Source of the DNA: Nostoc sp. PCC 7120 = FACHB-418
GTDB lineage: Bacteria > Cyanobacteriota > Cyanobacteriia > Cyanobacteriales > Nostocaceae
NCBI RefSeq assembly: GCF_000009705.1
Contig: NC_003272.1
Coordinates: forward strand, 4,620,001 to 4,652,000
DNA length: 32,000 nucleotides
Direction: 5' to 3'
Shown: piece after piece, positions 8,177 through 16,980 of the stretch
Layout of the letters: each line of letters begins with the position of its first letter
How positions within the stretch are numbered: the first letter of the stretch is position 1
Made by a program: the position numbers and the translations under genes
Notes under the pieces: generated by a model
Told to the model about the DNA's origin: nothing
The model's database searches: none
Seen by the model: the letters and a program-made list of their open reading frames with translations, nothing else

Positions 8177-9454
8177 ATGTCAATGGTTAGTTTACCAGGA
8201 TTAAAAGATTTAATAGAAAGTATTAGTCGTGAGCGGAATTTGCCCCGATTAGCGGTTCAGGCTGCTATTAGAGAAGCATTACTTAAGGGTTATGAACGTT
8301 ATCGTCGCGCTCAAAACATCGAGCGCAAACAGTTTGATGAAGATTATTTTGATAACTTTGAAGTCGAGCTAGATATTGATGAGGAAGGATTTCGCGTTCT
8401 TTCCACAAAATCCATTGTTGAAGAAGTTAATAATTCTGACCATCAAATTTCCTTAGATGAAGTGCAGCAAGTAGCTCCCGAAGCCCAATTGGGGGACTCA
8501 GTGGTACTAGATGTCACTCCAGACCAAGGTGAATTTGGGCGCATGGCTGCCATGCAAACCAAGCAAGTACTGGCACAAAAACTACGAGATCAACAGCGCC
8601 AGATGGTGCAAGAAGAGTTCCAAGACTTAGAAGGCACAGTTCTCCAGGCCAGAGTTTTGCGATTTGAGCGCCAATCAGTAATTCTGGCAGTTAGCAGCAC
8701 CTTTGGACAACCAGAAGTAGAAGCCGAATTACCCAAGCGCGAACAATTGCCCAATGACAATTATCGGGCAAATGCCACATTTAAGGTTTATCTCAAAAAA
8801 GTTTCTCAAGGTCAGCAACGAGGGCCACAGTTATTAGTATCCCGTGCTGATGCAGGTTTAGTAGTTTATCTATTTGCCAACGAAGTACCAGAAATTGAAG
8901 ACGAAGTGGTACGGATAGTTGCCGTAGCCAGGGAGGCAAACCCCCCTTCCCGCTATGTAGGCCCAAGGACTAAAATAGCAGTAGATACCCTTGATCGTGA
9001 TGTAGATCCCGTAGGAGCTTGTATTGGTGCTAGGGGATCACGCATTCAGGTAGTAGTCAACGAATTACGCGGCGAAAAAATTGACGTGATTCGCTGGTCT
9101 CCAGACCCGGCAACATATATTGCGAATGCCCTCAGCCCGGCGCGAGTCGATGAAGTGCGCCTCATGGACCCAGAAACTCGACAAACTCACGTATTAGTCG
9201 CGGAAGACCAACTGAGTTTGGCTATTGGCAAAGAAGGGCAAAACGTGCGATTAGCTGCCCGATTGACTGGCTGGAAAATAGATATTAAAGATAAAGCCAA
9301 GTATGACCAAGTAGCCGAAGATGCTAAATTTGTGGCGGCGCGTGCAAAATATCAACTAGAGGAAGATGACATCGAATCAGACGAGCTAGACTATGAAGAA
9401 AATCAACAAGGAGAATTAGAAGACGAATCTTTTGACCCCAACTATGAAGAGTAA
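8177..9454 (+). CDS. nusA: Transcription termination/antitermination factor NusA
   Basis: NusA N-terminal domain, S1 and two KH domains (e.g. [38 protein letters not shown]). ATG at 8177 sits 7 nt after AAGGAG (8164-8169), so the track's TTG at 8171 is less likely. Confidence 0.96.
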   Translation: MSMVSLPGLKDLIESISRERNLPRLAVQAAIREALLKGYERYRRAQNIERKQFDEDYFDNFEVELDIDEEGFRVLSTKSIVEEVNNSDHQISLDEVQQVAPEAQLGDSVVLDVTPDQGEFGRMAAMQTKQVLAQKLRDQQRQMVQEEFQDLEGTVLQARVLRFERQSVILAVSSTFGQPEVEAELPKREQLPNDNYRANATFKVYLKKVSQGQQRGPQLLVSRADAGLVVYLFANEVPEIEDEVVRIVAVAREANPPSRYVGPRTKIAVDTLDRDVDPVGACIGARGSRIQVVVNELRGEKIDVIRWSPDPATYIANALSPARVDEVRLMDPETRQTHVLVAEDQLSLAIGKEGQNVRLAARLTGWKIDIKDKAKYDQVAEDAKFVAARAKYQLEEDDIESDELDYEENQQGELEDESFDPNYEE

Positions 9455-9602
9455 TTTCTTAGCCTTAAGGATTTCTGGTAAGATAGACATTAGTATTAGT
9501 CTTAATTATTACTAAAAATCAGGCAACATAAAAATCAATCAGAGTTGGCAAGTCTAACTTGGTTGTCACCATCAATAGTTCTGTTAAAGTTACAGAAGAC
9601 AG

Positions 9603-9872
9603 ATGCAACCCAACTACCGACGTTGTATTAGTTGCCGTAAAGTAGGACTAAAACAAGACTTTTGGCGGATTGTCCGTGTCTTTCCTTCGGGAAAGGTACA
9701 ATTGAATGAGGGCATGGGGCGTTCAGCCTATATTTGTCCGCAGATGAGTTGCCTACAAGTGGCTCAGAAAAAAAATCGATTAGGGCGATCGCTACAAGCA
9801 TCGGTGCCAGACACACTGTACCAAACATTGTGGCAAAATCTAGCCCAAAACGATCCCCAAAATCAAAATTAG
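9603..9872 (+). CDS. ylxR: YlxR/RnpM-family (DUF448) RNA-binding protein
   Basis: The RRCISCRK...GRSAYIC motif, small size and conserved position between nusA and infB. Confidence 0.85.
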   Translation: MQPNYRRCISCRKVGLKQDFWRIVRVFPSGKVQLNEGMGRSAYICPQMSCLQVAQKKNRLGRSLQASVPDTLYQTLWQNLAQNDPQNQN

Positions 9873-10361
9873 GCTACAAAACATTCATGGTGGTAATCCT
9901 CAGGGGAATAGTGGTGACAGCCAAAACATTTGAGCTATGACCACACCCTCTGCAATTTTTGGGGTTAGTGCCAAAATAGTAAATGGGTGTAGTTAGCAAG
10001 CGGCTCTGACAAAATATTAAGAGGAGCGAAGCATTACTCCCAACAAATTCACTCTCATTGTGTTGTGGAAGGCTCAGAAACAGCAAAACAAAAAACGACA
10101 AAATGGCAACCTGGTAGCGCTCAGGCGCAGTTCGGCATCAATGAACATCAGAAAAACGTTTTATTTAACAAACTTTTAAGGATGTTCGCTAACCATCGAT
10201 TTTGGTGGAGATGCCAGCATTAACCCGAAACATCTCTCTTTCCTGATTGGAGGCACCGGCAAAATCACCAAGGGCAACCTAAAACAGTAATCAAAGGATG
10301 GAGATGTCGCACTTCCAGGCAACCATCCGCAAAAAAACTGTAAATTAAAGGGGAAGAGTGG

Positions 10362-13300
10362 ATGAACAACGGCAAAGTTAGAATCTACGAATTATCAAAG
10401 GAATTGAATTTGGATAACAAAGAGCTATTAGCAATTTGCGACCAGCTCAATATTGCGGTCAAAAGCCATAGCAGTACAATTTCAGAATCAGAGGCAGAAA
10501 GTATCCGGGCAGCTGCGGAAAAACTTGCAGCTACAAATGGAACATCTAAAAAAGAATTAAACGCAACCAGCCATAAACCAAATTCAGCACCTGCTGGCTC
10601 GCGCAACCGACCTGCGCCCCCACAAAAACAACAACAAATTTTGGAAATCCGTAAACCCAAAATATTGAGAAACACTACCTCCAACGCTCCTGAAGCGTCA
10701 GTTGCTAATAACCAGATTGCTTCTTCTGAAGCCAATTCTCCAGCACCTCCACGGCCCTTCGCTACACCAGTCTCGCCCATGAAGCCGACGGCACCATCTC
10801 GACCCGTACCAAGGAATCTATCTGAGACCCCGCAAAAACCTGCTGCACCAGAAGCAGAGCCGGAAGCTCAATCACAGGCTCCAGCGAAAATCGCAGTAGA
10901 GAAGCCAGAAAAATCAGCTCAGCCCAGACCAGGTAAACCAGAGAGACAACCAAAACCTCAACTGGTAGCGCCTCCCAGTAGACCTACAGCAGAAAAACTG
11001 GATCTATCTGAAATAACAGGTGCGCCGGGCGAAAAACCAATTCTCAAACGCGATCGCCCACGCCGTGAAGATGAGCGCGACCAAGCTAAACCAAGAGTCG
11101 CCAAACCTGCACAGGGAGAAACCTCATCCGCTCCTGTACAAAAACAGGCTCGCCCCGCCCAAGGTCTAGTCAAACCAGAGCAACGTGTCAACAGACCAGG
11201 CGCTCCATCGGGTGACGGCATACGTCCCCAAAGACCAGTCCGCCCGTCAGCAGATGCCGCACCAGTTGCCACCCCACCTAGAGGAGTTCCCGGCGGCGGC
11301 AGAGGAGAGGCAGGTGATACAGCAGCGATCGCCCCAGACCTACTCGATTTGAAACGCCCGACACCACCCCGTCTCGCCAAAGGTGGCAAGAAGTGGCAGG
11401 AAGAAGAAATCATCGACGAAATCAAAGAAAAAGCTGGCAAGGCTGGCGTTAAAGGCAAACGCGTCAAGCCATTGGTGGAAGATGATTTTGAAGATGAAGA
11501 TTTACTAGATGAAGAGGGATTAGAAATACCCGCAACCGTCCAAGTTAGTCTTTCCATTGCTCGTCCTCCCAAACCCAAAGCAGCCAGATCCGCCAGTGCA
11601 GCAACGGCAGCACCAATTAGTAGTCCTACCACTCGTGGTAAGAGGTCTAGTCATAACAACCGTGACCAAAACCGCCGCCAAGAAACAGAAGTTAAACGTG
11701 AGCGGCCAGAAAAAGTTGCGGTCACAGGGGCAATGACAGTGCAAGAGTTAGCTGACCTTATGGCAGTTGCTGACACAGAAATAGTGAAAATCCTGTTCAT
11801 GAAAGGCATGGCAGTGAGTATCACCCAAAATCTGGATATTCCGACAATTACCTTGGTAGGCAAAGAGCTAGAGATAGAAGTCGAGACTGCTGAACCAGAA
11901 GCAGAAGCCCGTAAAGTCACGGAAATGATCGAAGTTGGCGACTTGGAACATCTCCTGCGTCGTCCGCCAGTAGTGACAATCATGGGTCACGTAGACCACG
12001 GTAAGACTACCCTCCTCGACTCGATTCGCAAAACCAAAGTAGCAGCCGGTGAAGCTGGCGGGATTACCCAGCATATAGGCGCATACCACGTTGATATCGT
12101 CCATGACGGTAAAGAACAGCAGATTGTCTTCTTAGATACCCCCGGTCACGAAGCCTTCACAGCCATGAGAGCAAGAGGCGCTAGGGTAACAGATATCGCC
12201 GTCTTAGTTGTGGCCGCAGACGATGGTGTTCGTCCCCAAACAGTGGAGGCAATTAGCCACGCTCAAGCAGCCGGAGTACCAATTGTTGTTGCTATCAACA
12301 AAATTGATAAAGAAGGCGCACAACCAGACCGAGTGAAACAAGAACTCACTCAGTATGGTTTGACCTCAGAAGAGTGGGGTGGTGAAACAATCATGGTTCC
12401 CGTGAGCGCCATCAGGGGTGAAAATCTCGATACCCTTCTAGAGATGATTCTGTTAGTAGCAGAAGTTGGTGAACTCTCCGCCAACCCAGACCGGAATGCC
12501 AGAGGAACAGTCATTGAAGCCCACCTGGATAAAGCCAAGGGCGCAGTTGCTACCCTATTGATTCAGAACGGTACACTCCATGTAGGAGATATACTACTTG
12601 CTGGTTCAGCATTTGGTAAAGTCCGGGCAATGGTTGACGATCGCGGCAGAAGAGTAGATATAGCTGGGCCTTCATTTGCAGTTGAGGTACTGGGTTTAAG
12701 TGACGTACCCGCCGCAGGTGATGAATTTGAGGTATTCGACAACGAAAAAGAAGCCAGAGCGCTGGCCTCAGATCGTGCCGACAAGCAACGTCTATCTCGT
12801 CTACTACAAGGACGTGTCACCCTCACAACCCTATCGGCGCAAGCTCAAGAAGGCGAGTTGAAAGAACTCAACCTGATCTTGAAAGGCGACGTACAAGGTT
12901 CTGTAGAAGCAATTGTGGGATCACTCAAACAAATCCCCCAAAACGAAGTACAGATTCGGATGCTGTTAACTGCGGCTGGCGAAATCACCGAAACAGATAT
13001 CGACTTAGCAGCAGCCAGTGGAGCTGTAATTATCGGCTTCAACACCACCTTCGCCAGTGGAGCCAGACAAGCTGCTGATGAAGCAGGAGTAGACGTGCGG
13101 GAATACAACATCATCTACAAACTGATCGAAGATATCCAAGGCGCATTGGAAGGTCTGTTAGAACCAGAGTTGGTAGAAGAACCCCTTGGTCAAACAGAAG
13201 TCCGCGCTGTCTTCCCAGTTGGTCGTGGTGCTGTTGCTGGTTGTTACGTTCAGTCTGGCAAACTAGTCCGCAACTGCAAAGTGCGGGTACGTCGTGCCGG

Positions 13301-13481
13301 TAAGGTGATCTATGAAGGCGTGCTTGACTCCCTCAAACGGATGAAAGACGACGCGCGTGAGGTCAACGCTGGTTATGAATGCGGTATTGGTGTTGATAAA
13401 TTCCATGATTGGGCTGAAGGTGACATCATCGAATCCTATCAAATGGTCACAAAACGCCGTACCCTGGCACTAACAAGATAG
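10362..13481 (+). CDS. infB: Translation initiation factor IF-2, with a long Pro/Ala-rich N-terminal extension
   Basis: GTPase motifs [17 protein letters not shown] and NKID, plus the conserved IF-2 C-terminal domains. The ATG is preceded by a GGGGAAGAG purine tract. Confidence 0.98.
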   Translation: MNNGKVRIYELSKELNLDNKELLAICDQLNIAVKSHSSTISESEAESIRAAAEKLAATNGTSKKELNATSHKPNSAPAGSRNRPAPPQKQQQILEIRKPKILRNTTSNAPEASVANNQIASSEANSPAPPRPFATPVSPMKPTAPSRPVPRNLSETPQKPAAPEAEPEAQSQAPAKIAVEKPEKSAQPRPGKPERQPKPQLVAPPSRPTAEKLDLSEITGAPGEKPILKRDRPRREDERDQAKPRVAKPAQGETSSAPVQKQARPAQGLVKPEQRVNRPGAPSGDGIRPQRPVRPSADAAPVATPPRGVPGGGRGEAGDTAAIAPDLLDLKRPTPPRLAKGGKKWQEEEIIDEIKEKAGKAGVKGKRVKPLVEDDFEDEDLLDEEGLEIPATVQVSLSIARPPKPKAARSASAATAAPISSPTTRGKRSSHNNRDQNRRQETEVKRERPEKVAVTGAMTVQELADLMAVADTEIVKILFMKGMAVSITQNLDIPTITLVGKELEIEVETAEPEAEARKVTEMIEVGDLEHLLRRPPVVTIMGHVDHGKTTLLDSIRKTKVAAGEAGGITQHIGAYHVDIVHDGKEQQIVFLDTPGHEAFTAMRARGARVTDIAVLVVAADDGVRPQTVEAISHAQAAGVPIVVAINKIDKEGAQPDRVKQELTQYGLTSEEWGGETIMVPVSAIRGENLDTLLEMILLVAEVGELSANPDRNARGTVIEAHLDKAKGAVATLLIQNGTLHVGDILLAGSAFGKVRAMVDDRGRRVDIAGPSFAVEVLGLSDVPAAGDEFEVFDNEKEARALASDRADKQRLSRLLQGRVTLTTLSAQAQEGELKELNLILKGDVQGSVEAIVGSLKQIPQNEVQIRMLLTAAGEITETDIDLAAASGAVIIGFNTTFASGARQAADEAGVDVREYNIIYKLIEDIQGALEGLLEPELVEEPLGQTEVRAVFPVGRGAVAGCYVQSGKLVRNCKVRVRRAGKVIYEGVLDSLKRMKDDAREVNAGYECGIGVDKFHDWAEGDIIESYQMVTKRRTLALTR

Positions 13482-13668
13482 TGCTGAGTAACGAGTGCTG
13501 AGTGGTAAGTAATTTAAGAGTAAAGAGTTGAAAACAGTTTTTAACTGCGACAGCTCACAACTCATACCAGTTGGAAACAAACCTGGGAGAGATTTAAACC
13601 TGACTTTCTTGCTGGTATCCAAACTTAAAATTCAACACTCAGCACTCAAAACTCAAAACTCAGGACTC
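13482..13668. repeat. STRR-containing intergenic region with a 12-bp long-range inverted repeat
   Basis: gagtgctgagtg (13493-13504) is the exact reverse complement of cactcagcactc (13636-13647). Heptamers aaaactc aaaactc aggactc follow at 13648-13668. An inner 7-bp pair, ataccag/ctggtat, lies between. Confidence 0.75.
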
Positions 13669-13672
13669 TTTT

Positions 13673-14284
13673 ATGCGCTCATTTCGCTCTGAACCAATAT
13701 TGTGGATTCACGTCGCTGGATTGGCGACACTACCAATTTTTTTGCTATTGTGCTTATTGTTCCTTTCTGTTGGTGAGCCACTTTTACCAGTCTGGATGGA
13801 ACTTTTGTTAGTAGCTGCAACTGGTCTTATTCCACTTTTATGGATGCAGTTGCGTCGCCCTTTTTATATATTTGCCATTTTGGGAATTGCCCTCAAGCCA
13901 GAAAATCTGACTGAGCAGCAAAGAAAAATCCTTTGTTTAATTAATACCAAGTTAAATCGTGTGCTGGCTCTATTGTCAGCAATTTTATCTATTTTTGTAT
14001 TGTGGCAGCTATATCAAGCTGCGCCTTTAGTTGTCAACATTACAAGTCAATTACCCCAGTGGCGTATCTTGGGGTTAGCACTTGCGGCTTTAACCTTTTT
14101 GGCAAGTAATTTGTTTCTGCAAATTCCCGTGAGCGTAGCGCGGGTTTTGGTCACAAATGACACAGAATTTGCAGCGATAGAACCATTACCTTTAGAGAAG
14201 ATTAACCAGGATTTCACAATTTTAGGGGTGCGGGTTAATAAAATCTTGCCCCAGTTGCCTGTCAAAGTTAAAACTGAGGAATGA
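13673..14284 (+). CDS. Hypothetical multi-pass membrane protein (cyanobacteria-type)
   Basis: 203-aa ORF with about four hydrophobic helices and an ATG start. No motif recognised. Confidence 0.65.
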   Translation: MRSFRSEPILWIHVAGLATLPIFLLLCLLFLSVGEPLLPVWMELLLVAATGLIPLLWMQLRRPFYIFAILGIALKPENLTEQQRKILCLINTKLNRVLALLSAILSIFVLWQLYQAAPLVVNITSQLPQWRILGLALAALTFLASNLFLQIPVSVARVLVTNDTEFAAIEPLPLEKINQDFTILGVRVNKILPQLPVKVKTEE

Positions 14285-14290
14285 GGGACT

Positions 14291-14488
14291 ATGGCTAAGA
14301 TTACAGCTACCAGTAATTATCAATTTTCTCGTGATCCTGATATTTGGAGCAATCTCCAATATGCGATCGCCACTACTTCTGGTTTCCAGCGTTGGCAGCT
14401 AGAAAGTAATATTCAACTTAAGGAATTGCGTTTAGAACAGCAAGTACAACGTTATTTGCGGGAAACTTTAGAAACTTTAGCTTATTAA
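14291..14488 (+). CDS. Small hypothetical protein (65 aa)
   Basis: ATG 6 nt after the preceding stop, suggesting co-transcription. Non-repetitive, helical-looking sequence. Its stop overlaps the stop of the convergent DUF1400 gene (14485-14488). Confidence 0.5.
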   Translation: MAKITATSNYQFSRDPDIWSNLQYAIATTSGFQRWQLESNIQLKELRLEQQVQRYLRETLETLAY

Positions 14489-15015
14489 AAACTGAATAAA
14501 TTCTCTAACCTAGCTTGTAAGCTACGAAGTTGACGGTAAGCATCCCCCAAACGCTCTCCGTCAATTTCTACGTTTGGAGTAGGATAATTTTGGATGATTT
14601 CTATTAAAGTCACTTGTCCATCACCACTAGCGGAAAGTACCAAAGCGGAACGCAAAGCTTGTCTATCAGCACTGCGGGATGGTGTGTGGATAACTTGACT
14701 TAGCTCATCAAGAATAATGTTACCAACAGGACTGTTTAAAACCCGATCTAAAAGTACAGGGCTGACTTTGATTGGTGTTGTTAAATATTGACGAATTACT
14801 TTAGGGTTTTGTCGAGCCAAAGCTAAATTAATTCGTAGTGAACTTGAGAGTGCGCCAGTTTGAGCAAAGGTTGACAATTCTTCTACAACAATAGTTTCAC
14901 GGAAGACCTTGTACTTCAGTACTACTCTTTCAGCAGCTAAAGCAGAGTTGCTAGCCAGTAGGATGCAGACACTCACTACCAATATTGAGGTGCGATACAG
15001 CCTGATAAGACTCAT
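14485..15015 (-). CDS. Secreted DUF1400-domain protein
   Basis: From ATG at 15015: signal peptide MSLIRLYRTSILVVSVCILLASNSALA, then ERVVLKYKVF...ELSTFAQTG...LLDRVLNSPVG..., which resembles DUF1400 proteins. The track's TTG at 15054 would overlap the upstream gene. Confidence 0.7.
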   Translation of the reverse strand: MSLIRLYRTSILVVSVCILLASNSALAAERVVLKYKVFRETIVVEELSTFAQTGALSSSLRINLALARQNPKVIRQYLTTPIKVSPVLLDRVLNSPVGNIILDELSQVIHTPSRSADRQALRSALVLSASGDGQVTLIEIIQNYPTPNVEIDGERLGDAYRQLRSLQARLENLFSF

Positions 15016-15041
15016 ATTTTCTGAAGTTCTATACTGGGAAC

Positions 15042-15851
15042 TCAAGCTGACCAAGGTTCTCTAAAGTCAGCGTACAGCGACAGACCACCATCTACAAACA
15101 AAGTTTGTCCCGTGATGTATGCTGCTTCATCTGATGCTAAAAATGCTACTGCTGCCGCCATTTCCTCGGAAGTACCAGCACGCCTCATGGGAATATGACT
15201 TTCTACAACTGCTTTCTTTTCCGGGTCATCAGTCCAAGCTTCATTGATAGGTGTAATTGTCGCTCCAGGCGCTACAGAATTGACACGAATACCCCGATGA
15301 GCATATTCCAAAGCTAGAGTTTTGGTCATATTTTCCATTCCACCTTTACTGATGGAATAGCTGACATACATTGGTCGAGGGATAATTTCGTGGACACTGG
15401 AAATATTAATAATTACCCCTGAACGATTTTGAGTCAGCAGGTGTTTAATAGTTTCACGCGCGCACAAGTAAGAACCCCGCAGATTGACTCCAATTACGCG
15501 ATCAAAGTCTTCTGCTGTGATTTCGTGGGATGGACATTCAGTTTGAATCCCGGCGTTATTGATGAGAATATCGAGACTACCAAACTCCTCAATTACAGTG
15601 TTGACCATCTCGACAACATCTTCTTCCTGAGAAACATCACCCTGTACTAACAAAGACTTAACACCGCAAATTTCAACATTTTTACAAGCCTTCTGCAAAG
15701 CCATTTCTTCAGTTTCCTCTGCACCTGAGGGACTTTTGCGGTAATTAATAGCAATGTTACAACCTTCTTGAGCCAGACGGATAGCGATCGCCTGCCCAAT
15801 ACCAGAACTAGCACCCGTAATCAGAGTGTTTTTACCTTTTAACCCGTTCAT
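15042..15851 (-). CDS. SDR-family oxidoreductase, glucose 1-dehydrogenase-like
   Basis: Cofactor motif TGASSGIG, NNAG and the catalytic YSISK (YxxxK). Overall similar to bacterial glucose 1-dehydrogenases. Confidence 0.85.
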   Translation of the reverse strand: MNGLKGKNTLITGASSGIGQAIAIRLAQEGCNIAINYRKSPSGAEETEEMALQKACKNVEICGVKSLLVQGDVSQEEDVVEMVNTVIEEFGSLDILINNAGIQTECPSHEITAEDFDRVIGVNLRGSYLCARETIKHLLTQNRSGVIINISSVHEIIPRPMYVSYSISKGGMENMTKTLALEYAHRGIRVNSVAPGATITPINEAWTDDPEKKAVVESHIPMRRAGTSEEMAAAVAFLASDEAAYITGQTLFVDGGLSLYADFREPWSA

Positions 15852-15943
15852 AATAGTTTGGGAATGCCTACATTGCTAGGGTTACAAGCAAATGTGACTG
15901 GAAAGTGACGAATCTCTGATGAGAAATATTCAGTAAAAATCTA

Positions 15944-16774
15944 CTAATTTTCTACAACTTCCTGAACTTGCTCAATCGTCAAATCCAAAGCACCTGCTAT
16001 CTGTTCTACATTCAACCCCAAGGCCAGTAACCGAGGAATAGCCTCTAACTTTGCTTGTAACTTACCTTCTTGTCTACCTTCCTGTCTACCTTCTTGTCTA
16101 CCTTCTTCTAGTCCATCTTCCTTAATAGACTGATACATCCTAGTTTTTTTGAATTCATCATCTATACCCAACATAGCTGCTACCTCCTCTCGGCTTAAGT
16201 TGGTGAATTTGTACAACAAGATAGTTTCTATTAATTCTACAATTTGTTTTTTGTTTGCTTCATCGGTCAGTTCTTGCCTTGCCTGTATAATCAGTTGTCT
16301 ACCTTGGTCAATAGCTGTTGCTTCACTGGCAATAATTAGTTGCACGATCGCTAATTGCAGAGAGTTTTCGCTAGCCGTCCCTAACTCATCTAAATAAATG
16401 CGTTGTATTTGGGAACTATCCAAAATCAAACGATAAGGTTGTTGATCATCCGGTTCTATGATGCGTTGGGGATAAATGACAACAGCACGCCAAAAGTTAA
16501 CAGATGGGTTTTGACGGAGATAAAGAAAGATTTCGGCAAAGAAGCGTCTATAAAATTTAGGATCTAGTTGAAACTGAACTTCAACAAAATATAGGGGTTC
16601 TTCTGTGCTTTCATTAACAGGTTTAAATACCCCATCAATGCGAAAAGCAGTTTCCTTTAGTTCCACTGAGACAAACTCATAGGTACTGGGATTAATATCT
16701 GTTTCCCCAATGATGGCAAAAAATATGCTGGGGAACGCTTGAAACAAGCTGTAGAATATTTTGTCTGTTTGCAC
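15944..16774 (-). CDS. Rpn-family (DUF2887 N-terminal PD-(D/E)XK, DUF4351-like C-terminal) recombination-promoting nuclease/putative transposase homologue
   Basis: N-terminus MQTDKIFYSLFQAFPSIFF..., nuclease-like core RIDGVF...LYFVEVQFQ, an EGRQ x3 repeat, and a C-terminal helical domain ...IPRLLALGLNVEQIAGALDLTIEQV. GTG start. Confidence 0.75.
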   Translation of the reverse strand: MQTDKIFYSLFQAFPSIFFAIIGETDINPSTYEFVSVELKETAFRIDGVFKPVNESTEEPLYFVEVQFQLDPKFYRRFFAEIFLYLRQNPSVNFWRAVVIYPQRIIEPDDQQPYRLILDSSQIQRIYLDELGTASENSLQLAIVQLIIASEATAIDQGRQLIIQARQELTDEANKKQIVELIETILLYKFTNLSREEVAAMLGIDDEFKKTRMYQSIKEDGLEEGRQEGRQEGRQEGKLQAKLEAIPRLLALGLNVEQIAGALDLTIEQVQEVVEN

Positions 16775-16802
16775 CTGGAATAATTCGTAATTTCGTTCTT
16801 AC

Positions 16803-16980
16803 AACTCCATCATTCCACTTCTAAACACGAAACTTCAAGTTTTAAACTGGAGCGATCGCCTCCAAAACTCCATCATTCCACCTCAAAACACGAAACTTCA
16901 AGTAAAAAGGGTGAGCGATCGCCTCCACAACCCCATCATTCCACCTCAAAACATAAAACTTTATGTTTAGGTGATCGCTG
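16803..16980. repeat. Tandem repeat, 63-bp unit x 2.8, each unit carrying a HIP1(-like) site
   Basis: Units start at 16803, 16866 and 16929 (aac[t/c]ccatcattccac...). Units 1 and 2 end in gagcgatcgcctcca. Unit 3 is truncated at the TPR gene's stop codon. Confidence 0.9.

Noticed and set aside
9734-10101. Two ORFs (68 aa on plus, 75 aa on minus) in the ylxR-infB spacer
   Set aside because: One overlaps ylxR out of frame. Both have implausible composition and no start context. I treat the region as non-coding.
10385-13114. A series of minus-strand ORFs (62-224 aa) antisense to infB
   Set aside because: They lie entirely inside a confidently identified IF-2 gene. Their products are low-complexity (S/A/G/R-rich), and such shadow ORFs are expected opposite a Pro/Ala-rich, codon-biased gene.
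16803-16980. Possible CRISPR array
   Set aside because: The 63-bp units are directly contiguous with no unique spacers between them. There are no cas genes in the window.
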